From a virus (lineage: Duplodnaviria > Heunggongvirae > Uroviricota > Caudoviricetes), in the IMG/VR virus record IMGVR_UViG_3300029705_000031: DNA of 64,000 nucleotides, one strand, 5' to 3'. Positions 26,900-36,548 of this stretch are shown here, piece by piece. A model generated the notes under the pieces. The model made no database searches, was not told where the DNA came from, and saw only the letters and a list, made by a program, of their open reading frames with translations. Each line of letters begins with the position of its first letter. Positions within the stretch are counted from its first letter, which is position 1. Made by a program: the position numbers and the translations under genes.

Positions 26900-27283
26900 T
26901 TACATCTTTCTCTGAATGGGAATAGACTTAGTTTCAGGCTTCTTAAACACGATATCTACAATAAGAATACCGTTTCTAGTTTTCCATTCAATGTTACTAA
27001 TTCTAGATTCCATAATGGTAAAACGAGAATCAATAGAATAAGTATTTCCTAATTCTTCATCAGTACAAGTACCCTTAATGACTAAGTAAGAAAAACCATT
27101 ATCTTTACTTTCAATAGATAATTTAATAAAAGCTTCAGGAATACCAATACAGTTATGAATAATAGTAGTACGATCTTCATGCTTTACGATTTCATAGTAA
27201 TCGTTATTTATACTAGGATTAGTAGTCTTATGTTCACTATCAGCATTTTCTAGTAAACTATTTATCAAAGAATTAAGATCCAT
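26900..27283 (-). CDS. Small heat shock protein (Hsp20/alpha-crystallin), start revised to MDLNS
   Basis: YLVIKG, IEWKTRNGILIVDI (NG-L motif), C-terminal KSIPI (IxI); RBS GGAGGT. Confidence 0.75.
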   Translation of the reverse strand: MDLNSLINSLLENADSEHKTTNPSINNDYYEIVKHEDRTTIIHNCIGIPEAFIKLSIESKDNGFSYLVIKGTCTDEELGNTYSIDSRFTIMESRISNIEWKTRNGILIVDIVFKKPETKSIPIQRKM

Positions 27284-27347
27284 ATTCAAATACCTCCAAA
27301 AATAGAATAATTCTATATGTCTATTAATCAGTTTCATTATAGTTTAA

Positions 27348-27375
27348 AGTATAAAAATTTTTTTATCTATATATT
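27348..27375 (+). promoter_or_regulatory. Early promoter driving array 2
   Basis: TTTTATCTATATATTCT identical to 4419-4435; GTA upstream at 16-nt spacing. Confidence 0.6.
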
Positions 27376-27405
27376 CTTAAAGTAAGAATAGGAGGAATGA
27401 AACAT

Positions 27406-27762
27406 ATGACAAATAATGAAAGAATAGCTAAAAGATTTCAATTTGATTTAGAAATGGATATATTTAAAGATACAAGTTATATAAACTCAATAAGAACCTA
27501 TTACTTTAAGATTTCTAATAAAAAAGAAGTTGAATTAATGGATTTTGTTTTAGGTAAATTACTACACTTTGAAAATTTTTATGAAAAGCGTTATAAAGAT
27601 AAAGTATCATCAGAATCATTATTTGAAGATGGAAGAGAATATGTAGTTTTAAGTATTGTGATATTAGATAATGATAAAAAAATCTATAATTTTTCAAAAT
27701 ACACCGACGAGTACTTTAATGAATTACCAGATTACATAAAGGAAGTGGAGATAGAAGAATGA
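27406..27762 (+). CDS. Array-2 paralog 1
   Basis: MTNNERIAKRFQFDLEMDIFK...NELPDYIKE. Confidence 0.8.
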   Translation: MTNNERIAKRFQFDLEMDIFKDTSYINSIRTYYFKISNKKEVELMDFVLGKLLHFENFYEKRYKDKVSSESLFEDGREYVVLSIVILDNDKKIYNFSKYTDEYFNELPDYIKEVEIEE

Positions 27763-28106
27763 CAAATAATGAAAGAATAGCTAAAAGATTTCAATTTGAT
27801 TTAGAAATGGGTAGATTTAAAAGCTTCAGAAGAAATAACTATCAAAATCAAATCCTATTTAGTATTAATACTCAAGAAGATTATGATAAAGTAAACGATC
27901 TTATATGGCATAAGATGCGAGGTATTCTAATTGGTAATCAAAATAGTGAGTTTACTAAAAGTGAAAATCTAATTTGTTGTGTCAATATTGATATAAAATC
28001 TAATTTCTTTTACTTCTGTAACTTTTCAATAACTACTAATGATAAACATCGTTATCTTAATGAAATGCCAGATTACATAAAGGAATGGGAAATAAGAAAT
28101 GACTAA
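27759..28106 (+). CDS. Array-2 paralog 2
   Basis: First 52 nt identical to paralog 1; ...NEMPDYIKE. Confidence 0.8.
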   Translation: MTNNERIAKRFQFDLEMGRFKSFRRNNYQNQILFSINTQEDYDKVNDLIWHKMRGILIGNQNSEFTKSENLICCVNIDIKSNFFYFCNFSITTNDKHRYLNEMPDYIKEWEIRND

Positions 28107-28491
28107 AGAAATGATTGCTAAAAGATTCATGTTAGAATTAGAAATGGGATTATTTTATGAAGATAAAAAGGATAGATTGTTTATATTTTCTTTAGAAAAT
28201 AAACATCAAATGCAAATTTTAAATGAGATTTTAGAAGATGCTAAATATGAATATGAGTTTGAATATAAGTTTCCTAAACATTATCTATTTTCAAATAGTT
28301 TATTAGAAATAGATACAATATCTAAAAGTTATCATTTTGAAGTATTAAAATTTGTAATTGAATTGATGAAAAATAAATCAACTCATACAATAAATGAACT
28401 TCCTAGTTATATAAACGACTATAAACCAGAAGAAAGAGGAGAATTACCAATTTATATAGGAGAAGATGGTTATATAATAAGTGAGGAATAG
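28099..28491 (+). CDS. Array-2 paralog 3
   Basis: MTKEMIAKRFMLELEMGLF...NELPSYIND. Confidence 0.8.
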   Translation: MTKEMIAKRFMLELEMGLFYEDKKDRLFIFSLENKHQMQILNEILEDAKYEYEFEYKFPKHYLFSNSLLEIDTISKSYHFEVLKFVIELMKNKSTHTINELPSYINDYKPEERGELPIYIGEDGYIISEE

Positions 28492-28494
28492 ATT

Positions 28495-28839
28495 ATGACT
28501 AAAGAAGAAGTTATTAAAAGACTTAGATTTGACTTAGAAATTGGTGCTTTTAAATCAGCTTTTAATGATAATACATATTATTTTGATATATACAATCAAC
28601 CAACTAAATTGAATATATTTTTAGAATTATTAGCTTTAACAGGATTAAAATTTGATAACATAATGAATGTTGAAATTGTACAAGGTATTGTAGTAGATAT
28701 GGATGATAAAGATTTTGGTTATTGGGGTGATTCACTTAATTATGTATCTACTACACCTAGCTTTAGTAAACTCTTAAATGAAATTCCTAAATATGTTTAT
28801 GAATACTTAGACTCAAAAGGAGTAAACTATAATGACTAA
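28495..28839 (+). CDS. Array-2 paralog 4
   Basis: MTKEEVIKRLRFDLEIGAFK...NEIPKYVYE. Confidence 0.8.
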   Translation: MTKEEVIKRLRFDLEIGAFKSAFNDNTYYFDIYNQPTKLNIFLELLALTGLKFDNIMNVEIVQGIVVDMDDKDFGYWGDSLNYVSTTPSFSKLLNEIPKYVYEYLDSKGVNYND

Positions 28840-29143
28840 TGAAGAAATTTTAAAAAGATTTGAATTTGATTTAAGAATGGGTAGATTTAAATCAGTAAAC
28901 AATCTAAAAGTAAAAAATGTTTATGCTTTTAGATTAGCTAGGTTATCTGAATTTCTTTTACTATCTAAGATTTTAGATAAACTTGGTTTTACTAGTAATA
29001 ACTTTCAACCTATGCATACTAATAAAGGAATTTCTATAAAAGTAGATGATAAGATATATTGGACTTATCAAATCGATTTAAACGAAATTAATGATGACGA
29101 AAATAAACTACCAGAATATTGTAAAAGGTATAAATATGACTAA
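28832..29143 (+). CDS. Array-2 paralog 5
   Basis: MTNEEILKRFEFDLRMGRFK...NKLPEYCKR. Confidence 0.8.
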   Translation: MTNEEILKRFEFDLRMGRFKSVNNLKVKNVYAFRLARLSEFLLLSKILDKLGFTSNNFQPMHTNKGISIKVDDKIYWTYQIDLNEINDDENKLPEYCKRYKYD

Positions 29144-29468
29144 TGAAGAAATCATTAAAAGATTTACATTTGATCTAGAATTAGGAGTATTTGAAAGAAA
29201 GAATAGAAATAATTGCTGTATTTACTATTTTAATATACCTGATAAAAATGGACTTGATCTAATATCTAGTATTTTAGATGATATGAATTTTTACTATTAT
29301 GAATATTTCTATGATAATACAATTGAAAATAATGTAACACCAACTATACTTATTGTAAATCTAACAGTTAAAAACTACTATTTCAATAGTTACATCTACT
29401 ATAGTAAATATAACAAATTACCAGAGTATCTATATGATTATAAAGGAGTTAGAGAATTTAATGGATAA
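29136..29468 (+). CDS. Array-2 paralog 6 (start revised)
   Basis: MTNEEIIKRFTFDLELGVF...NKLPEYLYD. Confidence 0.8.
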   Translation: MTNEEIIKRFTFDLELGVFERKNRNNCCIYYFNIPDKNGLDLISSILDDMNFYYYEYFYDNTIENNVTPTILIVNLTVKNYYFNSYIYYSKYNKLPEYLYDYKGVREFNG

Positions 29469-29748
29469 CAAAGGTTTAATTCCTATTGCAACTAACATAT
29501 CCAGTTATGGTACTAATGACAGAAGAGAAGTAATCTTCAGTTGTCCTGTCTGTGATACATCTTTCAAATACTATCATCGTAAAGAAAAGTTTTGTCATAA
29601 TTGTGGACAAAAGATAAATTGGGATGATGTGGAGTATGATACTATAGTTGATCCAGTTTTGATTAAAGCATGTATGAATAATCTTAAAAAAGTAAATGAA
29701 ACACTTCATAAGATCAATGTACTTAATCATGGAAAGAGTGATGATTAG
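29461..29748 (+). CDS. Zinc-ribbon protein
   Basis: CPVC...FCHNCGQKINW; same family as 39271..39516. Confidence 0.7.
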   Translation: MDNKGLIPIATNISSYGTNDRREVIFSCPVCDTSFKYYHRKEKFCHNCGQKINWDDVEYDTIVDPVLIKACMNNLKKVNETLHKINVLNHGKSDD

Positions 29749-29751
29749 AAT

Positions 29752-30093
29752 ATGACAGATAATGAAAGAATTGCTAAAAGATTTGAATTTGATTTAACAA
29801 TGGGTTTGTTTAAACCAATTAATTCAAGATTGAATGCATTTAAATCAGTAGACACAAATGATGATACCTATATTTTTATTATACATGAAAAATCTGATTA
29901 TATCAGATTCTCTAAAGTACTAGAATCAATTGGATTTAAAGTACGACATATGTCTTTTAATTTTCCACTTACTAAAGGAATTACTATAAGTCTAAAGGAT
30001 AAAAATTTTTGGACTTTTCAACGCAGTTATAGAACTAATCCTTTTGTTAGTGAAAATAAGTTACCTGATTATATCAAGGAGTATAAACTATGA
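29752..30093 (+). CDS. Array-2 paralog 7
   Basis: MTDNERIAKRFEFDLTMGLFK...NKLPDYIKE. Confidence 0.8.
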   Translation: MTDNERIAKRFEFDLTMGLFKPINSRLNAFKSVDTNDDTYIFIIHEKSDYIRFSKVLESIGFKVRHMSFNFPLTKGITISLKDKNFWTFQRSYRTNPFVSENKLPDYIKEYKL

Positions 30094-30416
30094 CTAATGA
30101 AGAAATTCTAAAACGATTTAGCTTTGATTTAGAAATAGGGGCATTTAATTCATTTTCATATTTCAATGACTTTATGCTATTTGATCTAAGAAATACTGAA
30201 AAAGATACTGGTTTGAGATTATACAAAGTACTATGTAAATTAGGTTATAAACCCATTTCGTATGATCTAAATCTAAATTTCTTAGATAGTTACTGTTTTG
30301 TGTCTTTAAGTACAAAACAGAAGTGTTTTGAATTTGAGCATTACCAATCAATCTACATAGGACTTTATGCAAGTGCTAATCCAATTCCAAAATACGTTTT
30401 AGAATATATATTCTAA
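30090..30416 (+). CDS. Array-2 paralog 8
   Basis: MTNEEILKRFSFDLEIGAF...NPIPKYVLE. Confidence 0.8.
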   Translation: MTNEEILKRFSFDLEIGAFNSFSYFNDFMLFDLRNTEKDTGLRLYKVLCKLGYKPISYDLNLNFLDSYCFVSLSTKQKCFEFEHYQSIYIGLYASANPIPKYVLEYIF

Positions 30417-30457
30417 CTACAGTATTTTAAATAACATAAAGGAGAGTTTATTCAATC

Positions 30458-31420
30458 ATGGATAATGAAACTAGAGATCTACATTTTAGTATACAAGGAG
30501 AATTCATTACTAAAGTGGCTAAAGAATGGATGTTCATTGATCTTAAACCATATAAAGTAGTAGAAGATTTACTACTATCTTGTATGACTGGTACTGACCA
30601 TACACAAGCACAGTTAAAGATCAATGTTCAGAATATTCTATTAGGTAGAGCTGAACTAAGAGGAAGATCTGATAGTGACGATTATGGATTAGTAAATCTA
30701 GAAGATGAGAAAGATCTAAACGATAACAACATCTTTACTGCATTTGGAGACTTAGCACAAAAGTACAGAGAAGTAAAGAAAGAACTATCTGAAATTACTC
30801 ATAAATACGAAGATTTAGTAGAATGTTTGGAGAACTGGGAAGAAGATGAACTAGATACTAGTTATCTTGATGATACTTTATTAAAGAGAACTCTACTAAA
30901 GATTAAGCTAAAATACGATCCTTTTGATGAAGAAACTAACACACAATGGAATAAAACTTATTTCAACACTGGTAATTCTTTAGTAGACTCTTATATCAAA
31001 GCTACTAAGAATGATGTTAAGTATGGTTGGTTGGATCCAGAAGGTAAGTTCTATGAAGTAGAATTTGGTGAACATCAAGCTTGGCCTTACATCTGTATTT
31101 GTGATAAAGCTGAATCAAGAGATGGAACACTTAGAAGAAGGGTAAGAGATTCAGAAACTGTCGATTTATCTCATTACTATAATGAACTATTAGAATACTT
31201 TGAAAAAGAAAATCACAGACTTACTATTGATAGTGCTTGTGCTGATTTCCTAGTTCATAAGGGTTGGGTGTTACTACATAATCCTTCAATGGGTATTCCA
31301 GTACTAGATAATTATACTATCCAAGGTTTAACTAAAGCACAGAGAGAATTCATGTTTGATTACTATATGGCAATTGATGAAGAAAAGAAAGCAAATGAAC
31401 TATACAAAGATATTGACTAA
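30458..31420 (+). CDS. Hypothetical phage protein
   Basis: 320 aa; GWLDPEGKFY..GEH, GWVLLHNP, TKAQREF blocks. Confidence 0.75.
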   Translation: MDNETRDLHFSIQGEFITKVAKEWMFIDLKPYKVVEDLLLSCMTGTDHTQAQLKINVQNILLGRAELRGRSDSDDYGLVNLEDEKDLNDNNIFTAFGDLAQKYREVKKELSEITHKYEDLVECLENWEEDELDTSYLDDTLLKRTLLKIKLKYDPFDEETNTQWNKTYFNTGNSLVDSYIKATKNDVKYGWLDPEGKFYEVEFGEHQAWPYICICDKAESRDGTLRRRVRDSETVDLSHYYNELLEYFEKENHRLTIDSACADFLVHKGWVLLHNPSMGIPVLDNYTIQGLTKAQREFMFDYYMAIDEEKKANELYKDID

Positions 31421-31441
31421 AACTAACTGGAGATTTTAGTT

Positions 31442-31966
31442 ATGGATTTACTTAAAGATTTTTCATCTTATATGATTTCAGCAGTAGTATTTACTATTGT
31501 TATGAATTGGAAACATATTTTAGCTTACTTTCAAGTTAAAAAGAAGTGTAAAGAAAGCATTAAAAGATTTGAATTTGACTTAGGAGTAGGGTTATTCAAA
31601 CAAGTCAAAGTAAAAGATAATGAAATATACTTCTTTAAACTTGACATGGTTGGTAAAAATGGACTAAATAAAGAATTAGCATTATTTGTTAAAGTATTAA
31701 CCAAGTTAGGCTATACTATGTCTAAAGAATGTTGGTTTCATGGATGGAAACTTACATTTAATAATCTAGCACATATTAAAAGAGACTGTATTGGAATCAA
31801 TAAAACAACTAAAACATTTTGGATTTATGAATTAATGACAGATAAGATTACTTATTCTGATGTATATTCCATTGTAAATGCTGATGAAGATTTTATGATA
31901 TGCTATAATAAAAATGAGAATGAATTACCTGAATATTTCAGAATGAAAAAAAAAGGAGGTAATTAA
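31442..31966 (+). CDS. Array-2 paralog 9 with N-terminal membrane anchor
   Basis: Hydrophobic N-terminus, then IKRFEFDLGVGLFK...NELPEYF. Confidence 0.75.
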   Translation: MDLLKDFSSYMISAVVFTIVMNWKHILAYFQVKKKCKESIKRFEFDLGVGLFKQVKVKDNEIYFFKLDMVGKNGLNKELALFVKVLTKLGYTMSKECWFHGWKLTFNNLAHIKRDCIGINKTTKTFWIYELMTDKITYSDVYSIVNADEDFMICYNKNENELPEYFRMKKKGGN

Positions 31967-31968
31967 AA

Positions 31969-32343
31969 ATGATGAATGAAAAAGTTGAACAGCTAGCTAG
32001 AGACATTTACGACTGGGTTATTGAAAAAGAAATGTGGGATGACATCTGTATTTACTTTAATGGTAAAGCATGGGCATCATGGGATGATTGGAAAGATGTA
32101 AAAGGAAAGAAGATTGATAAAGATTTGTATGAATATAAGGATAAAGACCCTAAAAAGTATTTTGAATGGGTCGCAGATCCTCATATTCTTTCTATGTCTT
32201 TTGAAGGAACTTTGAATCATGTATTGAATGGATATCTTAGTTGTAGTGATACCTATGTAAATAGTTTTGAGAAGCTATTTAAGAAGTATGGTATGTATTA
32301 TGAAATGGGAGATAGTTGGAATCTAACAGTAGCTTTAGAGTAA
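31969..32343 (+). CDS. Hypothetical protein
   Basis: 124 aa; LSMSFEG.LNHVLN..YYEMGDSWN. Confidence 0.75.
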   Translation: MMNEKVEQLARDIYDWVIEKEMWDDICIYFNGKAWASWDDWKDVKGKKIDKDLYEYKDKDPKKYFEWVADPHILSMSFEGTLNHVLNGYLSCSDTYVNSFEKLFKKYGMYYEMGDSWNLTVALE

Positions 32344-32813
32344 TAAAGGTGATTCAATGAATAAGAAATTTGAATTTGATCTAGTAATGTCTGATCCTGG
32401 TGAAGCTTTATCTAGAATTATTAAAGAAGCAGGTTATACTCCTAGAGTGGTGGCAACTAACCCTAATGGAGATTGTACTATTATAACTGAAGAGATAGCT
32501 AAATCTAAAGGAGATGTTTTTGAATTTCTTCATAAAGTAAATAAAGTAGCTAATATTGATTTATTCGTTTATAGAATTATTGATACTGATGATAGGGAAT
32601 TTAACTATCGTACTACTGATAATAGATTTAGTGGATTAATCTATTTTGATGGAATAGTTGATAATGCTAGATTTATGTTAGAATACTCTAGCAAAGGTAT
32701 ATTATGGTAATAAAGGTGATTCAATGAATAAGAAATTTGAATTTGATCTAGTAATGTCTGATCCTGGTGAAGCTTTATCTAGAATTATTAAAGAAGCAGG
32801 TTATACTCCTAGA
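32340..32813 (+). repeat. Exact ~107-nt direct repeat (32340-32446 and 32707-32813) covering the RBS and first 30 codons of two genes
   Basis: GTAATAAAGGTGATTCAATGAATAAG...GGTTATACTCCTAGA occurs twice. Confidence 0.9.
32357..32710 (+). CDS. Array-2-related paralog A
   Basis: MNKKFEFDLVMSDPGEALSRIIKEAGYTPR. Confidence 0.75.
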   Translation: MNKKFEFDLVMSDPGEALSRIIKEAGYTPRVVATNPNGDCTIITEEIAKSKGDVFEFLHKVNKVANIDLFVYRIIDTDDREFNYRTTDNRFSGLIYFDGIVDNARFMLEYSSKGILW

Positions 32814-33113
32814 ATGATAGCGAATAGTCCTATTGATAAGAGTTGTGTTATTATAACTGAAGAAATAGCTAATTCTGAAGAAGATGTTTTTGAGTTTATA
32901 CGTAAAGTAAATGAAGTTGCTGATATAAATCTAGAAATATACGAAATTAAATACGAAGATGTAACTTATACAGATGGGTCTACTAGATATCGTACTTCTG
33001 ATGGAAAATTTCTTGGAATAGTTCATGTTGGTGGAACTGATGAATTAGGAAGAACTCCATCTGATGAAGATACTAGGTTTTTACTAAAATATTCTAGTAA
33101 TGTTTGCATTTAA
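32724..33113 (+). CDS. Array-2-related paralog B
   Basis: Identical first 30 aa to 32357, then divergent. Confidence 0.75.
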   Translation: MNKKFEFDLVMSDPGEALSRIIKEAGYTPRMIANSPIDKSCVIITEEIANSEEDVFEFIRKVNEVADINLEIYEIKYEDVTYTDGSTRYRTSDGKFLGIVHVGGTDELGRTPSDEDTRFLLKYSSNVCI

Positions 33114-33130
33114 AGGAGTGACTGATTAGT

Positions 33131-33406
33131 ATGAACATTGAACTAAACGATGAAGAGGTTAAGAAATTAGTAGAAAAAACTATTCAAGAAAAAGTCAATA
33201 GTATGATTACTAAAACTGTAAAAGATTATACAAGTTTTTATCTCACTGATCAAAATCTACACATAATGTGCCAGAATGCTGTTAATAAAGCAATCAATGA
33301 AATTGCTCAAGCAGAATTTAGTACCATTATTGAAACTTTCAATAAGGAATCTTTTACAAGATTCATGGCATCCAAAATCTACGATTACCTCTTTGATAAT
33401 TGCTAA
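33131..33406 (+). CDS. Hypothetical protein
   Basis: 91 aa helical ORF. Confidence 0.7.
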   Translation: MNIELNDEEVKKLVEKTIQEKVNSMITKTVKDYTSFYLTDQNLHIMCQNAVNKAINEIAQAEFSTIIETFNKESFTRFMASKIYDYLFDNC

Positions 33407-33453
33407 ACATATCCACTAATCAACACGAACACATAAAGAAAGGAAGAACAAAC

Positions 33454-35724
33454 ATGTCAACTTTTAAGAAATCTACTATTACTCTAGCTGGCAAACCCCG
33501 TGATGTCCTTCTCATCAACTACAATAATGATGATACTACTGTAGAAAGTAAGACTATTGACAGAATGCATCATATCCACATTCTAGATAGATCTTATTCT
33601 ATGTCTGGTAACATTGTTGGATTGATGGAAGATGTAAAGAAGACTTTTAGAGCTATTCCTGTAGGTGATTACATTTCTGTAGTATGGTTCTCTTCTGAAG
33701 GTCAGAATGGTGTTGTCATTAAGGGTTATAAAAAGACTGAGAATGATGACTTTGCAGATGTAGATAGACTCATTGATTCTATTAAGCATTGTGTTGGTTG
33801 TACTTGTTTCCATGAACCTATGGATCTGGTTAAGTCTATCATTGATGAAATGAAGCCTCTGTGTCCTTATTACAATGTAACTCTATTTACTGATGGATGT
33901 TCTTGTTGCAATGTTCCTTCTTCTACTGATTACAACATGACTTATTCTGTTGCAAAGACTTTCAGTGAAGACATCATGGCACTGAATACTCTTGGCTATG
34001 GTTATTACTATGATAAGGAATTCCTGACTAAGCTAGCTGAAATTTCTGATTTCGGTAAGTATATCCATTCTTCCAATGTTAAGGAATACTCTCAGATCTT
34101 TACTCATAACTATGAACGAGTAAAGGATATGGTAGCAGAAAAGGTAGAACTAGAAATGCCTAACTGTGAGATTCTATATCTCAATAGTAAGTCTACTAAG
34201 ATGGAAACTGGTGCAATGAATCTATCTTCTATTGAGAAGCGTAAGAATCAGTTCTTGGTTATTCTACCTGAAGAAAATGACAAGCGTTTCAATATGAGTC
34301 TCAATGGTGAATTCATTGATTATACTAAGATGAAGTCTGGTAAGATCCTTGATTCTACTGTTCTAAATCTACAATATGCTTATGCTTATGAGAACTATTA
34401 CAAGGGTAATAGAGAAGTATGTCTAGATGTTCTAAAGGATATCAAGGACAAGTACTTCATTGATGAGCAGCTGAATGCATTTACTGTTGATGAAACTAGT
34501 AAGTTCATGAAGGTTCTGAATAAGGCAATCTTCAATAACAAGACTAGAATGAAGAATGGTGAAGCACCTGATAACTACATCCCTGCAGATGATGCTTTCT
34601 GTATCATGGATCTACTGAAGATTCTATCTGAGGAAGGAAATTTCTATGTTCCTGACTTCAGTTCCTATAAGAGAATTGGTCTTCAGGTAGTAGATACTTT
34701 CAATCTGTTTACTCCTAAGAGAGACTATGAGATTCTAGCTCCTTTCAATGACAATCTAGTTTTCAATAAGTCTAAGCTTAACATTTCTGTTAGATTCCTC
34801 AGAGATGGTACTGTAAACATTAATCCTAAGTCTGCTAAGAGAGTTGATCTACCTGAAGTAGTTGATTCTAAGCAGTTCCAGTCTCATACCATCATTAAGG
34901 ATGGTCATCTGAATATGGATAAGATCACTGTTAAGATCACTAAGGAAGCTTATGGTAAGATTGTAAACACTGAGCTTAATGAAGGAATTACTATTCTAAA
35001 GAATATTGACAGAAATGATGAAGCTATCTATGAGATTGACCTAACTACACTTCCTGTTATCAATCGTCAGTATCTGAATGAATCTAGTATTGATAGAGTA
35101 CTAGAACTAGTTAAGGAAAATACTGAACTAGAAATGGCACAGAAGGTACTTAACTATCTAATTGCTAAGAATCCCATTAAGGACTATGTAGTTGAAAGTT
35201 CTACTGGTCTACCTGTTTATACTGATGAACAGGTTGAAGTTCTAAAGGAACATGGTTTGAATGATCATTTGACCTATGTAGGTGTAAATCGTAAGACTAC
35301 TGAAAAGAATGAGAATGATTACTATGAAGCTAGAGAACTAGAATTCCAGCTTAAGGGTTGTTCTTCTATTCCTGCTATTGAAAAGGCTCTTGCAGATTAT
35401 GACAAGGCAATTAGTAAGAGTAAAGAACCCAATTTCATGCCTAAGTACATTCATAACTACATTATTGCAATCTATGATACTAGACTTATTAAAGGAATTA
35501 CATGTGATTCTAAGGAAGAAAAGCAGATGTTGACTGATATGCTTAAGGATGTTAAGAATAAGCTTATCAACAATCGTATTGAACTCAACACTATCAAGAT
35601 TGCTAAGGTTCTAACTAGCTCTTGGTGGGAAGGTCTAACTCTAGATAAGGATAAGTATACTTATACTGTTGATAATGATACTGTTATCATCAAGACCAGT
35701 TATGAAAAGGTATACTTCAGCTAA
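33454..35724 (+). CDS. von Willebrand factor A (MIDAS) domain protein (start revised to MSTFK)
   Basis: HILDRSYSM (DxSxS), GCTCF (T), LFTDG (D); long C-terminal region; strong codon bias. Confidence 0.8.
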   Translation: MSTFKKSTITLAGKPRDVLLINYNNDDTTVESKTIDRMHHIHILDRSYSMSGNIVGLMEDVKKTFRAIPVGDYISVVWFSSEGQNGVVIKGYKKTENDDFADVDRLIDSIKHCVGCTCFHEPMDLVKSIIDEMKPLCPYYNVTLFTDGCSCCNVPSSTDYNMTYSVAKTFSEDIMALNTLGYGYYYDKEFLTKLAEISDFGKYIHSSNVKEYSQIFTHNYERVKDMVAEKVELEMPNCEILYLNSKSTKMETGAMNLSSIEKRKNQFLVILPEENDKRFNMSLNGEFIDYTKMKSGKILDSTVLNLQYAYAYENYYKGNREVCLDVLKDIKDKYFIDEQLNAFTVDETSKFMKVLNKAIFNNKTRMKNGEAPDNYIPADDAFCIMDLLKILSEEGNFYVPDFSSYKRIGLQVVDTFNLFTPKRDYEILAPFNDNLVFNKSKLNISVRFLRDGTVNINPKSAKRVDLPEVVDSKQFQSHTIIKDGHLNMDKITVKITKEAYGKIVNTELNEGITILKNIDRNDEAIYEIDLTTLPVINRQYLNESSIDRVLELVKENTELEMAQKVLNYLIAKNPIKDYVVESSTGLPVYTDEQVEVLKEHGLNDHLTYVGVNRKTTEKNENDYYEARELEFQLKGCSSIPAIEKALADYDKAISKSKEPNFMPKYIHNYIIAIYDTRLIKGITCDSKEEKQMLTDMLKDVKNKLINNRIELNTIKIAKVLTSSWWEGLTLDKDKYTYTVDNDTVIIKTSYEKVYFS

Positions 35725-35736
35725 GTAAATCTTAAA

Positions 35737-35775
35737 AAGAGGTATCCTATTTGAATATAGGATACCTCTTACTTT
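35737..35775 (+). terminator. Intrinsic terminator
   Basis: AAGAGGTATCCTAT/ATAGGATACCTCTT. Confidence 0.75.
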
Positions 35776-35802
35776 ATACAAAAGAAGAAAGGAATTACAA
35801 AA

Positions 35803-36513
35803 ATGGATAAAGCATTTGATTTAATGGAGAACAGAGAAGTTGACATTAACTATGTAATGAAAAACAGTACTACTGGTAAGAAATCTAAGGATTTCAGATT
35901 TACTCATAAGTTCAAATGTCCAAATTGTAAACAACCAGTTATTGTAAAATCTGGTGAAACTAACTATTTTGCTCATAAATCTAATTCCAACGTATGTGAT
36001 AGCTGGTATTCTAATGATAAAAGAACTGGATTGTTTGAGTTAGCTATGAATGAAGGTAATGAAACATTTATTGATAGAAGAAAATCAATAATGGTAAATG
36101 GTATTACTCATGTAGCAAATCTGCATAATACTAAAACCAAGACAATTATGTTATATATTAGTAAGTTTGGTAGCCTAAATTTTGATGAATTAAGAAAAAG
36201 AATCGAATTTTTTGCAAAGAATCGTAGAGTGATGGTTGTTTTTAATCTTGCTCATAAGGATTTAGAAAGAATTAAATCTTATAAAAATAAGTATTGTGCT
36301 TATGAAGAAAATATTGGAAGAAAGATTTTAAAATTGTTTGATTATGTAATTTCAAGTGATTTTTTGAATAGTTATAACGAAGTTAGAATCTTTTTAGATC
36401 TTAAAGAAAATCCTAACATTGCTGAGATTAATGATAGAGGAAGAAAACAAAATGTAATATTCTTAGATGGTATGGATTATGAAGATTTTAAGTGTGAACT
36501 TGAAACTTGGTAA
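35803..36513 (+). CDS. CoiA-like protein (Zn finger plus degenerate PD-(D/E)xK fold)
   Basis: FKCPNC..VIVKSG..YFAHK..C; expected AD and ExQ residues replaced by AN and YIS. Confidence 0.55.
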   Translation: MDKAFDLMENREVDINYVMKNSTTGKKSKDFRFTHKFKCPNCKQPVIVKSGETNYFAHKSNSNVCDSWYSNDKRTGLFELAMNEGNETFIDRRKSIMVNGITHVANLHNTKTKTIMLYISKFGSLNFDELRKRIEFFAKNRRVMVVFNLAHKDLERIKSYKNKYCAYEENIGRKILKLFDYVISSDFLNSYNEVRIFLDLKENPNIAEINDRGRKQNVIFLDGMDYEDFKCELETW

Positions 36514-36548
36514 AAAGGTGAAACGAATTCAAAACTAGTCAATGAATT

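Noticed and set aside
19021-33113. Diversity-generating retroelement or CRISPR array behind the repeats
   Set aside because: No reverse transcriptase, no TR/VR pair with A-specific changes, no regularly spaced identical repeats; the similarity is in coding ends
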